This document shows positions 38,641-52,836 of a DNA stretch of 64,000 nt, piece after piece. Both the position numbers and the translations under genes were made by a program. Origin of the DNA: Octopus sinensis (lineage: Eukaryota); the NCBI RefSeq assembly GCF_006345805.1, contig NC_043005.1, positions 101,990,001 to 102,054,000 of the forward strand. Direction: 5' to 3'. Within the stretch, counting starts at the first letter, position 1; each line of letters starts with the position of its first letter. The notes under the pieces are model-generated. The model saw only the letters and a list, made by a program, of their open reading frames with translations, ran no database searches and was not told the DNA's origin.

Positions 38641-40442
38641 CTTTTCTTTTAAACCCGGTAGTCAGATTCGTTAACATAAATGGCAATTATGAACTGAAAT
38701 TGACATAGTCTACACCAGGAAAACTCCAGTAGCTTCACGAATATTGGTAGTAATGGAAAAGTAATGGGTGCCCTCCTTTACTCTGATTTTTCCATGCGTT
38801 ATAAGATAAACTAAAATAAGATAAAAAGGAAACGCTAAACACCTCTAAAAGTGCATTTGTAAACAGACCTCGTCTTCCTAGATAAAGCCCTAACTCAGTC
38901 AGTAATAATTGCCTTCACTTTTTGCAGCTGCTTCGACGTGAATTTGTATAAATAATTGTTCCTCTCCAGCAGAGGTAATCTGTTGCCTTAGTTTTGTTCT
39001 GTTAATTAAGGATATGAAAATAAAGACAAACTCCTGCCTTTTCTAAATATATCTATTTGTTCATGAATATTCATTTTCTTTGATGAAAGACAACACATTA
39101 GAAATAACGAAACCGAACTTGTTCTGTTAGCAAGAGCAACAGCTAGGTTACTGAAACAGAATAATGATGATTTCTTTTAAATTCTGTTCACAGAAGACAT
39201 CATCAGTAATGCTAAACAACTGTAGATTTCATTGTCATCATATCAGCCGTGGCTAATGTAATAACTGCAAGGATCAGAACATCGTGACCGGATATGGTGC
39301 TATGTGGTAAGTTGACAGAACACGTTCACTTAGATGAATCATGTCCGGCGAATTTTGCTTGCAAGCATCATTGCACCTTAAGTGTACATTACTGATGGCG
39401 TGCATGCACGTAGCGGTCAATTATAGAAACAATAGTATGTCGGAGCGACTATAGTTTAGATAAGATAAACCCATTGTCATTAAAAATGTATCATTAAAAA
39501 AAAACATAATGGCAAGAATAATGCATTAGGGGTCTTCCTAGCTGTTTCACCGAAGAGGGTGTTCTTATAACCGGAACCGAACGCATGAATGTTGCCTGAT
39601 CATGCTACCTAGGATATCAGCTTTCTAAACATCACACCATAAATATATTTCACATTTGTGCCACAAAATCCCATATATCAATGTTTCTAATGTTCTAGTT
39701 CATTAAGTAAATTACTCCTCAGAGCAGACACACTTTCTCTTAATTACTGACACATTAAACAAAGCTAAACAGCTGTAGTCCTTACGCTTCTTAGTGCAAT
39801 GGAGTGGAAAAATCGGTGAAGCAGTTGACAGAATGATTTCTAGTATAAGCGATGACCCTCTTCATTCCAAGTTCAGATCCTAGTGAGGTCAATTTCAAAT
39901 TTCATAATTTTGCTGAAAATGAAAATGAACCAATGATTTACTGGTGACAATGTAATCAACTCATCCTTTCATTCAAAAATTTCAGCCTCTGCTAGAAACT
40001 GAAAGTACAATGCTCTTTTCCTTATCAAAGAATTTAAGAACAAGATGTGGATTAGCTATCTAATTTTAAGTTTAATTTTATGCGCTCGAATCACGCTACA
40101 ACTACGAAACTAAATAAAACACTACAGTACTATGGACTAAAAGAAAAAGGCTTTGCACTATCTAAAGACTCTAATAATTCTAACCAGCTTCCTGGTTCTT
40201 ATATCTAATTCTTTGTAAGCTCTCTTTCTTAGTCTATTTTAGTTAAGGTTAGACTTATCTTAACTCCGGTATTCCCTTCGTTGATTTCTATTTCGAGCAC
40301 CTTCCCAATCCGTTTCTCTTTCCATTATTCAATCACCTTGCAGTACACCTTCTTAACTGCGTCAGTCATTATTCCACAGCGATATAATATTATCATTTTG
40401 TTGTAATTTTATACCATGTGACAACTTTTAGACTATATGAAA

Positions 40443-40607
40443 GGCGCAGGAGTGGCTGTGTGGTAAGTAGCTTGCTTACCATCCACATGGTTCTGGGTTC
40501 AGTCCCACTGCGTGGAACCTTGGGCAAGTGTCTTCTACTATAGCCTCGGGCCAACCAAATCCTTCTCAGTGGATTTAGCAGACGGAAACTGAAAGAAGCC
40601 CGTCGTA

Positions 40608-40696
<89 letters not shown>

Positions 40697-40928
40697 CGTG
40701 TGCGTGTGTGTGTGTGCATATGTTTGTGTGTCTGTGTTTGTCCCCCCAGCATCGCTTGACAACCGATGCTGGTGTGTTTACGTCCCTGTAACTTAGCGGT
40801 TCGGCAAAAGAGGAAGATAGAATAAGTACTAGGCTTACAAAGAATAAGTCCCGGGGTCGATTTGCTCGACTAAAGGCGGTGCTCCAGCATGGCCACAGTC
40901 AAATGACTGAAACAAGTAAAAGATTAAA
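40443..40928 (+). mobile_element. SINE family A, full length
   Basis: 11-bp TSD AGACTATATGA at 40430-40440 and 40929-40939. Confidence 0.92.
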
Positions 40929-41697
40929 AGACTATATGATTTATATCTCCCGTAAAAAGAAAATTGCACACTTATTTAACTGAAATTGCAAACCAATACT
41001 TTTCAGAAATATTATTATTGTTTGGATAAGAGAATCCAGATTATTTTTCCCTATCTCTAGTAATCATTTCAAGGGAATCCATTTATACCAGGGGATTCGG
41101 TTTCACCATGGTTTTGGCAGCTCATACGCAGGCCTGGGTTTTCTCAGTGAGTTGTCAGAAAGATAAACACAACTGCGAAGGCTAACGAAAACAGCGAGGC
41201 TGTATGAAATTTGCCCCACCGTATTTTCCCTTTACCAGATGAATTATTTCCGCCTTTTATTTCCACTTCCCATGAACACAGTGCTTTTTCTAAACAAACG
41301 GCTAATATTCTGAAGAATCTTAAGAGTCCGCAGGCAGACCAAGAGTCCAAACTGGTACGTTATCATATGCTTTCTAGTAGTCTATCAACCGACTGTACCC
41401 CATTTAGTATCAAGCTGTCGATGTACAACAGGTGAGCTGTTCCCCTTTGACTGTTTACAGCATACTTTTTGATGCTCTCGTACTAAATACACTCTCTGTG
41501 CTATGAGAGCAGGAATTAATTGCCAGAGTAATGGTAAGCATGTAATAAGCCTAATTAACGATCCTCTTGTTCTTGTTCTTGTTCTTGTTCTTCTTTTTGT
41601 TCTTGTTCTTGTTCTTGTTCTTCATCTTGTTCTACTTCTCTTTCTTCACCTTTTTTCTCTATCTTCTTCTTCTTCTTCTTCATCTTCATCTTCTTCT

Positions 41698-41743
<46 letters not shown>

Positions 41744-42921
41744 TCTTCTTCTTCTTCTTCTTCTTCTTCTTCTTCTACTTCTTCATGTTCTTCCTCCTCC
41801 TCCTCCTCTCCTCCTCCTCCTTCTTCATCTTCATTTTCTTCATTTTCTTCATTTTCTTCTTCTTCATTTCTTCGTCTTCTTAAAATCATCATCATCATCA
41901 TCATGATTTTTGTTGCTGTTTATTACTAATATAACTGAGAAAGGGGAATATCTTAGTTAACATCCAAATGAGCTGTGCCGTGGTAATGATATCTAGCGAT
42001 CTAGTTTTCTTCAAGGTTCAAGAGCTGCTAGGACCGATTCTATTTCCTCTCTCCCAGGACAAAAGATATTACATTAATGTACTTGTTTTAAATTACTAGC
42101 CGCATCCAAATTAAGGCTGATATTTAATGAAAGCGAGTCTTTACTATAATCATTACCACCCACCACCCACCGCCACCACCACCACACCACCACCACCACC
42201 ACCACCAATATCAACACCACCACTATCATCATCATCCACATCATCATCGTCATCAACTTTTTTCATTATCATCATCATCATCATCATCAGGACTCTAATA
42301 ATGACCAGATCTAATTAGAATAGCCAGTGTGCTTTCCAGAGATTCCAATCTGGATTGCCATTCATTCCTTGGTGATTTTGTAACATTAAATTACGAATTA
42401 GTAGCAACAGACGGAAGATTAATTGACTAGATTTCGTCCCTTGCCCGCCCCTTTTTATTCTCTCTTTTATCCCCATGTTCCTTCTGTGGTTCGCCTCCAC
42501 CATCATCTAAGCTTGAATGGGGCCCCTATCTTAATACAGTTGATGCTGTTATTGCCGCTGCATTACTTTACGGTAGATAATATGTTCTTAATGAATTTGT
42601 GTACGGCTATCGACAAGAATTATGGCTGTTATGTGTATAGTTAGGCGAAAATATGATGACCGCCATTACATAGAAACACAAAATCTTATTACGTCTAAGT
42701 TTCAATCATTAATAGAATAGATTTAATTCCTGCTGCGTTGGTAACGAATATTGAGTGAAATATACAGTCCATTCGTATCTATCTATCTATCTATCTCAAC
42801 ACCCTACGAAAGTTACATTCTGAAATTCAAGTAATGGAGCCCGGTGAAGTGCAGCAATATTAATATAATATAAATAAATCTCATACACTTTCTGTGCATA
42901 TCCAACTTCCTTTATTTCCTT

Positions 42922-42953
<32 letters not shown>

Positions 42954-43322
42954 CTATATATATATATTTATAATGTAAGGGCGTGTCTACTAAATATCAA
43001 ATATTCACATTATAATAATTAATAAGTAATTTAAATGTATAATTTCAATATAAATAAATTTTAACGATTGTAAGATTGTCTATTTACTTCCGTAATAATT
43101 CACTCCCCTCCCCCTCTCTCTCTCTCTATATATATATATGCTTATATATATGTATTCGTATATGTATATGTGAATATAAATATGTGTATGTGACTATATA
43201 TATATATATAGAAAGAGAAAGAGAGAGAGAGAGTGAGAGAGAGAGTGAGCGAGAGAGAGAGGAGAGAGATATTACAGAAGTAAATAGACAATCTTACAAT
43301 CTTTTTTTTTAGATGTCCATAA

Positions 43323-43660
43323 ATATATATATATAGATAAAACTTACCTGGAAAAAGATGCGTGGCGTTCGATCATATAATAATATAAATAATATATAAA
43401 TATATGCATACATACATATATGTACATACCTACATATATATGTATATATACATGCATATATGGGTACAGGATGTGAAAAAAAAACCTAAAACACAATGAG
43501 AAACAAAAACACAAAAAGAAAAACATGGAAACGAACTATTTTTCAAAGTACGAAAAACAGAGTACTGGACATACAACACAAGAAATATTCCTCTTCTTCA
43601 GTTGTCCCTGTTTCGTCTACTCCGCGTTACAAAGGTAAGAACAAAACGCGACTTCATGAA
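43323..43660 (-). repeat. Unclassified interspersed repeat (family B2)
   Basis: Reverse complement of 7480-7770. Confidence 0.7.
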
Positions 43661-43861
43661 ACAGTCCTTCCCGCAAATTAAATAAAATAAAATTTGGGAT
43701 TTTTTTGCGGAGGAGTAAATGTGGCGCACTCTTCTGTCTATATCTCTCCCTCTCTCGCTCTCCTTCCTTTCTTTCATTCAGAAGATAAACATAAAAAATA
43801 TTTTGGAATTTTATGGTTTTGTTTTACTGTCAGGGTTCCTTTGGACAAAACTGGATATATA

Positions 43862-43907
<46 letters not shown>

Positions 43908-43934
43908 AATATGTTACAATTACTCAAAAGTCAA

Positions 43935-43995
43935 GATAAAACTCTGAGTTTCAGATGCCGAAGTACAAATCCACAACACCATCTCTTCGGTTATC
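43935..43995 (-). ncRNA. Hammerhead candidate (family F), CCGA core variant
   Basis: GATAA-CCGAAGA-gatg...catct-GAAAC-TCAGA-GTT-TTATC; same stems I and III as 2479-2536. Confidence 0.55.
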
Positions 43996-44147
43996 TGACC
44001 ATCTGAACAAACGCTATGAAAAAATACCATTATATAAAGGGAAATTACTGTGTTATAATTCTGCTACTTATATAAAATAAGATTAAAATTTCATAGTAAA
44101 ACACGTAAGCAGGAACATGAACGCAGAATATACGTACGTACATACGT

Positions 44148-44202
<55 letters not shown>

Positions 44203-44566
44203 AAATTTGAATTTAAAATAACAATTTAAAATAACAATATATACGCACAAGCACAAGAAAAACCATGGTTAAAGGTAACAGAAAAAAACATAAGGAAGTA
44301 TACAAAGCATAAAAACCACGTTAATATACGGACATGCCCTTATGCACTCATACACACACGCCCATATATGTACATACCCGCACATGTTTATATACGCATA
44401 CTTACACACGCATATACGAAAAATGAATATGCATATGTGTATCTGAGATTCAGAGTTTTATCCTGACTTTTGAGTAATTGTAACATATTATTTTATAGAT
44501 AAATTTCCTCTATTTACATAATATTAAGGTATCTTCCTTTCTTTTATTATCTTACCGTTTTTACCA

Positions 44567-44601
<35 letters not shown>

Positions 44602-44610
44602 ATATATATA

Positions 44611-44654
<44 letters not shown>

Positions 44655-45136
44655 TCCTACTGGCAGCGAGAGCTGGACAACATACCCCGGCAGGAATGCC
44701 GCCTCAGCGGCTTCCACATGCGGTGTCTTCGACGGATCCTTGGCATCTCCTGGAAGGACCGAGTACCAAACGGAGTCATCCTGGAACAGACTAATATGCC
44801 AAGCATGTATGCCCTCCTCGTGCGGAGACGACTGCGCTGGCTCGGACACGTCTGCCGCATGCAGGACGGTCGCATGCCTAAAGACATCCTGTACAGCGAA
44901 CTCACCACGGGATCCCGACCCAAGGGACGTCCACAGCTACGATACAGGGACGTGTGCAAGCGCGACCTGAGGACTGCCAACATCTGTGTGGACACGTGGG
45001 AGGAAACCGCTCTGCCTGGCGTCGGACGGTGAGGAAAGGCGTTTCCATGGCTAAGGAGAGGAGAGCACAGCTGTGGTTGGACAGGCGGGACAGGAGGAGG
45101 ACAACTGCAGCAACACCCCACACGTACCCATCGATG
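44655..45136 (+). mobile_element. GC-rich RTE/BovB-type LINE 3' fragment, truncated by the assembly gap
   Basis: GSESWT..(fs)RQECRLSGFHMRCLRRILGISWKDRVPN...RRLRWLGHVCRMQDGRMPKDILYSEL..G.RPKGRPQLRYRDVCKRDL. Confidence 0.9.
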
Positions 45137-45236
45137 NNNNNNNNNNNNNNNNNNNNNNNNNNNNNNNNNNNNNNNNNNNNNNNNNNNNNNNNNNNNNNNN
45201 NNNNNNNNNNNNNNNNNNNNNNNNNNNNNNNNNNNN
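45137..45236. other. Assembly gap (100 N)
   Basis: Run of N. Confidence 1.
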
Positions 45237-46150
45237 TAGATATATAGACAAAGATGTAGATCTAAATTTTTCAAGAACAAATGTTCTTAAAAATTAAATC
45301 CACATCTTTATGAGTGTTCGTGTATAATATGTACTTTTACAGACGATGTTCACACGGATCCTTTTACGTGCAGTCACAACCGCATACACTCAAACGTGTT
45401 CAAACATATGCCCAGATTCACTAACGTGTTTTTGCAAACACATGTGTCTCTTTATTCGTATGTATGAGTATCCACGAGGTTATAAACACGTGTTTACCGA
45501 CGAACATTTTATAAATTTTGCTTCAGTCTGGCTGAATTCTTTCCGACATTATATATCGCATATTCATCATGTATTTTTGTGACTCTTTAGTTTTCAAATA
45601 TTAATCTTATCAGAAAAGTTATAATCAAGTGTTTTACTCGTGGCTGGCGGCTGGAATCGAGCACAATCGCTATGCAGCCGCGTGGGGCTGTTGACGATGT
45701 CGCTATTGCATTGACAATATTGAAAGCAGTGGTAATATATAAACTAAATATTAAACTAAAAATTTACAAACGAATTATACAAGTACTTTTTGAAAACTTA
45801 GCTCTTTCTGATAATAGCTTGGAGCAGATGTTCGAAACAAACAAGTTGTACTAAAATACATACGTATCTTTGCACACAAAAAATATAATCGCACAAATAA
45901 ACAGAATCACTCACAGGTATTCTCTAATCGAATTGAGATCGCATGTGAACTACTGTCAATCCCTTTCTCATTAATTATACATATATATATATATACATAT
46001 GTGTGTGTGTGTGTATATATACATGTATATATATATATATATTATATATATATATATATATATGTACATGTATATATATATACACATATATATATATATA
46101 TACATATATATATAATATACATATTTATATATACACACACACACACACAC

Positions 46151-46189
<39 letters not shown>

Positions 46190-46194
<5 letters not shown>

Positions 46195-47400
46195 CATAAA
46201 TAATGCGGTTTTGCAAATGCATGAACTAAAGGGGGACGAGATAAGCTATCTGCATCAGCTTGCTATAAAAGCAGGTGGTAAATTTACTTTTACTTATTCT
46301 TAGTGCAAGTTTTGAAGAGTGCAGTTCGATTTTAGCAGTTATTTTTTTGAAAGCTATAATGGATGTAACAAAGGAGCATATTCAGCCTATTTTCCTTTAT
46401 GAGTTCAATAAAGGCAGCAACACAACAGAAAGAGCGAGCAATATTGTCTGGGGATCGGATAACAAGCGGTGGTTCCAGAAATTCCGAGCCGGTAACTACA
46501 GACTAGAAGACGAGCCTCGTCTTGGAAGATCTCTACAGTTCTTTGAGGACGTCCTGCAAACCCTGCTGGAAAAAAATCCTATCCTAACTGTTGAGGAACT
46601 AGCAGAGAAGCTTGGATTTGGTCATTCAACCGTTTATCGGCACCTGCGTGCCATCGGAAAAGTTTGAAAATTGAGTCAACGGGTTCCTCACAAACTTTTC
46701 GTGTCTAATGGCACGTAGAGTGTAAATTTGTAATCTTTTTTCCTGTCACGTCTAACGAATGAATCTTCAATCGACCAAATAGTGGCTGCTGAAGAAATTT
46801 GGGTTTTCTATAAAAATGTCAAGACAGTGGGTAGGGAAAAGGAGAAAAACAGGCACCCCTGGCTAACGAAAATCTTCACCCACGTAAGGTGCTGTTATCA
46901 GTTTGGTGGTACATGATAGCTTTACTACACTTTGAACTTTTTAAACCGAAAGCAAACGGTAACAATGGAGATCAACTGCGAGCAGCTGGAACGGTTTAAA
47001 TCAGTGCTGGAACAAAAACAACCATCTTTGGTTTCAAGATGAAAGGTGTTGTTCCATCAAGATGACATTTCAGAGGCTGGAGCAGTTTGAATGGGAAACG
47101 ATACCTCAGCATCACCGGACCTTGCCCCATCTAATTATCATTTATTCCGCAGTCTTCAACATAATTTGGACGGAAGGAATATGAATTCTGTAAACGAGGT
47201 TAGAAAAGTATATAAGGAGTATTTTTCGTTACAGACAACTGAATCGTTGAAGAGGGGCCTTGCAAGTCTATCAGATAGATGTAAGAGCATTGTAGAAAAT
47301 GGAGGAGAGTATATTCTAGATTAAAAAGAAGAACTTAGTTTATCTTAATTTTGAAAAATAAAAGGATGAAAAACCGCATTATTTATGGGATGACCCAATA
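46190..47400 (+). mobile_element. Near full-length decayed mariner element
   Basis: MDVTKEHI...RWFQKFRAGNYRLEDEPRLGR...WVPH-like QRVPHKL, SPDLAPSNYHLFRSLQH. TIR CATAAATAATGCGGTTTT mirrored at ~47370-47400. Confidence 0.92.
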
Positions 47401-47418
47401 TATACATATATATATATA

Positions 47419-47460
<42 letters not shown>

Positions 47461-47578
47461 TGTGTGTGTGTGTCTGTGTGTGTCTGTGTGCAAGTGTGCG
47501 TGTGAGTGTATTCGCGTCTGTGTGTATATATGTGTATGCATATGTATATGTATATACATATATACATACGTATATATG

Positions 47579-47609
<31 letters not shown>

Positions 47610-47613
47610 TATA

Positions 47614-49174
47614 TTAAGGTATGTAGAAAAATACAACATGGACAAGAACGTATAACTCATAGAAGACGATACAATAAACATGGACAGGACATTCGAACCC
47701 CTCAGTCTTCAGTCAAGAACCGGATCATCGTAGTAATTTCGGCTGATTAATCTTGAGATTACTAGATCACGGCCAGCCCTCCAAGAAAAACTAAGCTGGA
47801 AGCGTAGATTTCCTGGAAGAAGGATCGAATGCATACGAACACCAGGACAGCAAAAGGACAGATATAAAAAAAACAATAATGGAATACAGAAACATGAAAT
47901 ACAGAAGCATTAACGGTGAAAACAACAAGTGTCTTACGACTGATAACAAGCAAACAAATTTTTTCTCTGGCGCATTGGAAAAAGCCTTTATAGCGGCGGA
48001 CGAAGAACAACGATGTTAACACGACGAGGGTCAGGAGCTGAAGGCAGATTGCGGCCAACAGTCACGTGACAGAGAAGAGGAAAAAAGAAAAGAAAGAGAA
48101 GCAAAGGAAGAGAGAGAGAGAAAGGGGGGGGGACAAAACGCAACAAAGAGAGAGAAGAGAGAGAAAGAAGAATCAGAGAGGAGAAGGGATGGGTGTCGAA
48201 GAATGACCTGTGAGTGCAGAGCGAGACAAAGAAATAGGAGGGTAGTGGAAGACTAGACCAAAGGATCAGAGGAAAGAGAAGATGAATAGAGAGAAAGTAA
48301 AAATGAGAGAGAGAGAGAGACAAACAGAGAGTCGTACCAATTATTAAGAATATGTGTTCACATTAATGATAAAGGGGGTACGGGGGCCTGGAATATATGT
48401 TAAGGTATGTAAAAAAAATACAACATGGACAAGAACGTATAACTCATAGAAGACGATACAATAAACATGGACAGGACATTCGAACCCCTCAGTCTTCAGT
48501 CAAGAACCGGATCATCGTAGTAATTTCGGCTGATTAATATCTTGAGATTACTAGATCACGCCAGCCCTCCAAGAAAAACTAAGCTGGAAGCGTAGATTTC
48601 CTGGAAGAAGGATCGAATGCATACGAACACCAGGACAGCAAAAGGGACAGATATAAAAAAAACAATAATGGAATACAGAAACATGAAATACAGAAGCATT
48701 AACGGTGAAAACAACATGTGTCTTACGACTGATAACAAGCAAACAAATTTTTTCTCTGGCGCATTGGAAAAAGCCTTTATAGCGGCGGACGAAGAACAAC
48801 GATGTTAACACGACGAGGGTCAGGAGCTGAAAGGCAGATTGCGGCCAACAGTCACGTGACAGAGAAGAGGGAAAAGAAAAGAAAGAGAAGCAAAGGAAGA
48901 GAGAGAGAGAAAGGGGGGGACAAAACGCAACAAAGAGAGAGAAGAGAGAGAAAGAAGGAATCAGAGAGGAGAAGGGATGGGTGTCGAAGAATGACCTGTG
49001 AGTGCAGAGCGAGACAAAGAAATAGGAGGGTAGTGGAAGACTAGACCAAAGGATCAGAGGAAAGAGAAGATGAATAGAGAGAAAGTAAAAATGAGAGAGA
49101 GAGAGAGAGACAAACAGAGAGTCGTACCAATTATTAAGAATATGTGTTCACATTAATGATAAAGGGGGTACGGG
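47614..49174. repeat. Tandem duplication of a ~770-bp unit (period 786) of repeat family E
   Basis: 47614-48384 and 48400-49174 are near-identical, with a 15-nt linker. A diverged family member lies at ~54450-54880. Confidence 0.95.
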
Positions 49175-49327
49175 AAAGGGTGAAATATAATTAATTTAAT
49201 AAAACCACCAACTTTCACCAAGTAGTATCTCGGTATAGAAAAGGACCATATTTGGTAAAAGTATGCGTACGTGTGTGCGTATGTGTCTGTGTATGTATGT
49301 ATGTATGTATGTATGTATATATATATA

Positions 49328-49399
<72 letters not shown>

Positions 49400-49984
49400 G
49401 AGAGTTACCGTTGAGTGGTTACATCTAGTGCTAAAAATAGCTCCTCATTCTGGTATGGCCACCGAAGTTGTTTCCACAAGGAAATAACATTATCCACAAC
49501 GTAAGGAAAGTGAAATACAACGAAAAGATAGATTAATGCTAAACAATTGTTTCTTTATCAATATAACATGCAATTATACTCACATATTTATCTATAAGTC
49601 ATCAGCAGTATTTGTCTTCGATACAATTTATTGAACCCTCACGAGCGTCAAGTATCCATGCGGTCCAATCGATTGCATACATAGTTGTGATTCAGATTCC
49701 CCGCCGAAAGCATGGTAAGACTTAGTGGAAACGAATACTGCTTTGTTCAATGACTGAGATGTCCTAGCAGTATCGCGCATGCATGTATGAATGTCTGTAT
49801 GTATACATGTATGTATGTATTTAGGCTCGCACTTTATTTTCGTTAGAAATCCTCAGACTATTTTCAAATCTTGGAATGAAAAAGAATAATTACATTGTAA
49901 ATTCTACACCGACGAAAATATTAAGACTCTAATATTAGGAAATTTGAAAATTAAAGGTGTCTATTTCCTTCTTGGATGTCTGTG

Positions 49985-50101
<117 letters not shown>

Positions 50102-50185
50102 TGGTGGCACAATTCTGAAGTCATTTTCGGGCAATGTTTCGATTTGCTTTTAATGTTACTTTTCGTTTCATGCATGCGTAGACGT

Positions 50186-52184
50186 CTAGTGAAATAGCAC
50201 ACGTAGAAAAAATGTCAAACCCCCACCGCAATACACGACGTGCTACAAACAACACATACACGGCATTATTTCTGAAGAAACACGCTTTCAAGAAAGCTGA
50301 AACACTCCGACTTTTTACCTTTTTTTGAAAGCGGGGTGGTCATGAGTGATGGAGGTTGGAGAGAGATAATTTAATGTTTATTTCAGTAAAAAAAGTTTTA
50401 ATTCAAATTTTCGTAAAGATTCGTAATCTTTGTATTTCTCGACGTGGATTACAAAAAAGAAAAACAAGAACAAAAAGTTCAAAATTAAACAGTTGGAGAG
50501 GGGAAGGGAAAATTTACAATTTCGAAAACGTGATTTTTCGGTAAAATCGTAATTTCCTATATAAAAGAGCATAAGATTCCCAAAAAATTTTTGAAAAAAA
50601 AAAATCACCTCGGATACACTAGAAACAACAGGTTCACGACGCAATTTCTGACAAAACAATCCTTTTAGGTTTAAGTTGAGGATCAGGCTTTTTAATACTC
50701 TCATCACAAACACGAATTACAAAATAAAAATAGGTAATTTCTGTTGAAGTTGAGCTGAAATTTTGCGCGTGCACACAGTAACAAATAAAATAATTCGTGC
50801 TTAAGTTTCACCTACAGTGTGTGAGTGTGTGTTTGTGTGTGCGCGCAAAAGAAGTTATTTTTACATACATTTCTTCATTCCAAGAGAAGGCCAACTTAAA
50901 CACAACACTCAAAATTGTAGTTCAGGCATGATTGCTAATCGTCCAACAACTACATAGGGGTAATCACTCCAGACGAACATTTATGTAAATGTACACGTAA
51001 ATATTGTATTAAGATAAGCCACATCGAAAAAGATTTCATTTAAAGGCATCCATTTCTCTATATGTGATGAAGAAATACCTTCAGGTGGGGCTAATTTCGA
51101 AGGTATCCCAGTTTCGGATGGTAAATAAGTTTAAATATGTTTGTCCTTAACTTGGCAGGCGACGTCTCCCACTTCTCTTCACTGCTGACAGAGTATGCTG
51201 ACACTATGTTGTCAACAGCATGTTACAACTTAACTAACTTCATCGATACGTGACTAAATCTGGATTTCATTTAATTTTTTACACACTTTGCTATCAATTA
51301 TACAGATAATTCCAAACAAGGTCTGTAAAGATAACTTATTTTAATATGCTATTTATGTGTACATTTTCATACAGTTTCCCGGGCGCATCAATCGTACAGA
51401 TACGCGCACGCACTTCTTCACGGTTTCCCAATCAGGACTGAACTCCCATTTTCAAACAACTGTGCAAGATTTTTCTTCAGTTGGAATTAAGAAAGGTATA
51501 TAAAAATAGTTTCTTTTGGCACATACACATGCACGCACCCCCATCCCGCAAATACACACACACACAAACATACACACACAAGCACATAGACTAGGTAAAA
51601 ATTCTGTACGAATTCTGTTATTTCCTGCTGTGTGCACGCACAAAATTACAGCTCAAATCCAATTGAAATTAACTTTTTCTGTTCTATAATTCGCGTTTGT
51701 GATGAGCGTATTTAAAAAAGCTGATTTTCGATATAAACATAAAAAAAGGAGTTTTCCTATGAATATTTCCCTTTACCTGTTGTTTCTGTATCTCCGAGGT
51801 GCTATTTGCACGGCCCCATTATGTTTTTCACAAATTTCTTCCATTTCTTATGTTTTCGATAGAGGAGATTAGGATTTTGCCCCTAAACACCTTATCAATA
51901 TTTTGATTTTCTCCCTCCCCACCGCAAATTTTTCATTTTTTTAAAAGTATCTTCGAAATTGTTTTCTTGGTAATCCACGGGGCAAACAACAGAGAGTACG
52001 AATCTTCAAAGAGCTTTTACCTTTCGTTTTTTCTTTAAAATCACTAAAATCTGCCACCAGCTCATCACTTGCAAAAATTACAAACTCCCAGAGTTTCACT
52101 TTTAGATTTTTGGAAAGCGGTGAAGTTTCTTCAGAAATAATGTCGTTTACCTGTTGCTTCTAGCATGCCGGGTTTTCTGGTAGT
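50186..52184. mobile_element. Two diverged copies of one repeat in inverted orientation, with Helitron-like 3' ends facing outward
   Basis: Colinear matches between 50263-50890 and the reverse complement of 51470-52142. Ends resemble degenerate hairpin+CTAG termini (..TTTCACTAG on -, ..GCCGGGTTTTCTGGTAG|T on +). Confidence 0.5.
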
Positions 52185-52249
52185 ATATACATATATACAT
52201 ATACAAATATAGGTATATATATATGTATGTATGTATATGTATATATATA

Positions 52250-52294
<45 letters not shown>

Positions 52295-52297
52295 ATA

Positions 52298-52385
<88 letters not shown>

Positions 52386-52802
52386 GCTTCTATCTTTTCT
52401 GCTTTGAAAGAAATATTTCTCAACGCGTTCATAATTTTCCTCTCGTTGGATTCGAACGATCCTCCAAGTTTGTTTTCATTCAGTTTGGTTGTATGTCTCC
52501 ACTATCATGTTTATGTTCCCATCTTTGACCCTCCATAAATACTAAATTTAATTTTAGAATTTATAAGAAATGTCTTTGAATACTCATATTGTTGTTAAAT
52601 GCTAGGAATGAGGAGTAGATAGACAGCTGATAACTGATGAAGGGTCCGTTCTCTGTATTTACTTGTCCTGTTCTCCACTTTTTTTCTTCTTTGTTTACGT
52701 ATTTAACTCGTTTATTCACGTATATCATGTATGAACCATTTTTGACGTCCTGTAACCAAATATGCATGTATATATATGTGTATATAAATATATGTGTATA
52801 TA

Positions 52803-52836
<34 letters not shown>

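Noticed and set aside
39194-39306. Plus-strand segment with strong splice sites and a Cys/His-rich frame
   Set aside because: In-frame TAA, and the other two frames are closed.
43598-43625. GAAAC...CTGAAGA in family B2 (also ~7495-7520 and ~52630)
   Set aside because: Only ~8 nt between the motifs and no cleavage triplet; cannot form stems I and III.
47680-47725. CTGAAGA...CGAAT motif (minus) in family E, also CTGAGGA...CGAAT at ~54550-54585
   Set aside because: GAAT instead of GAAA, and no stem I partner after any GUH triplet; not a supportable hammerhead.
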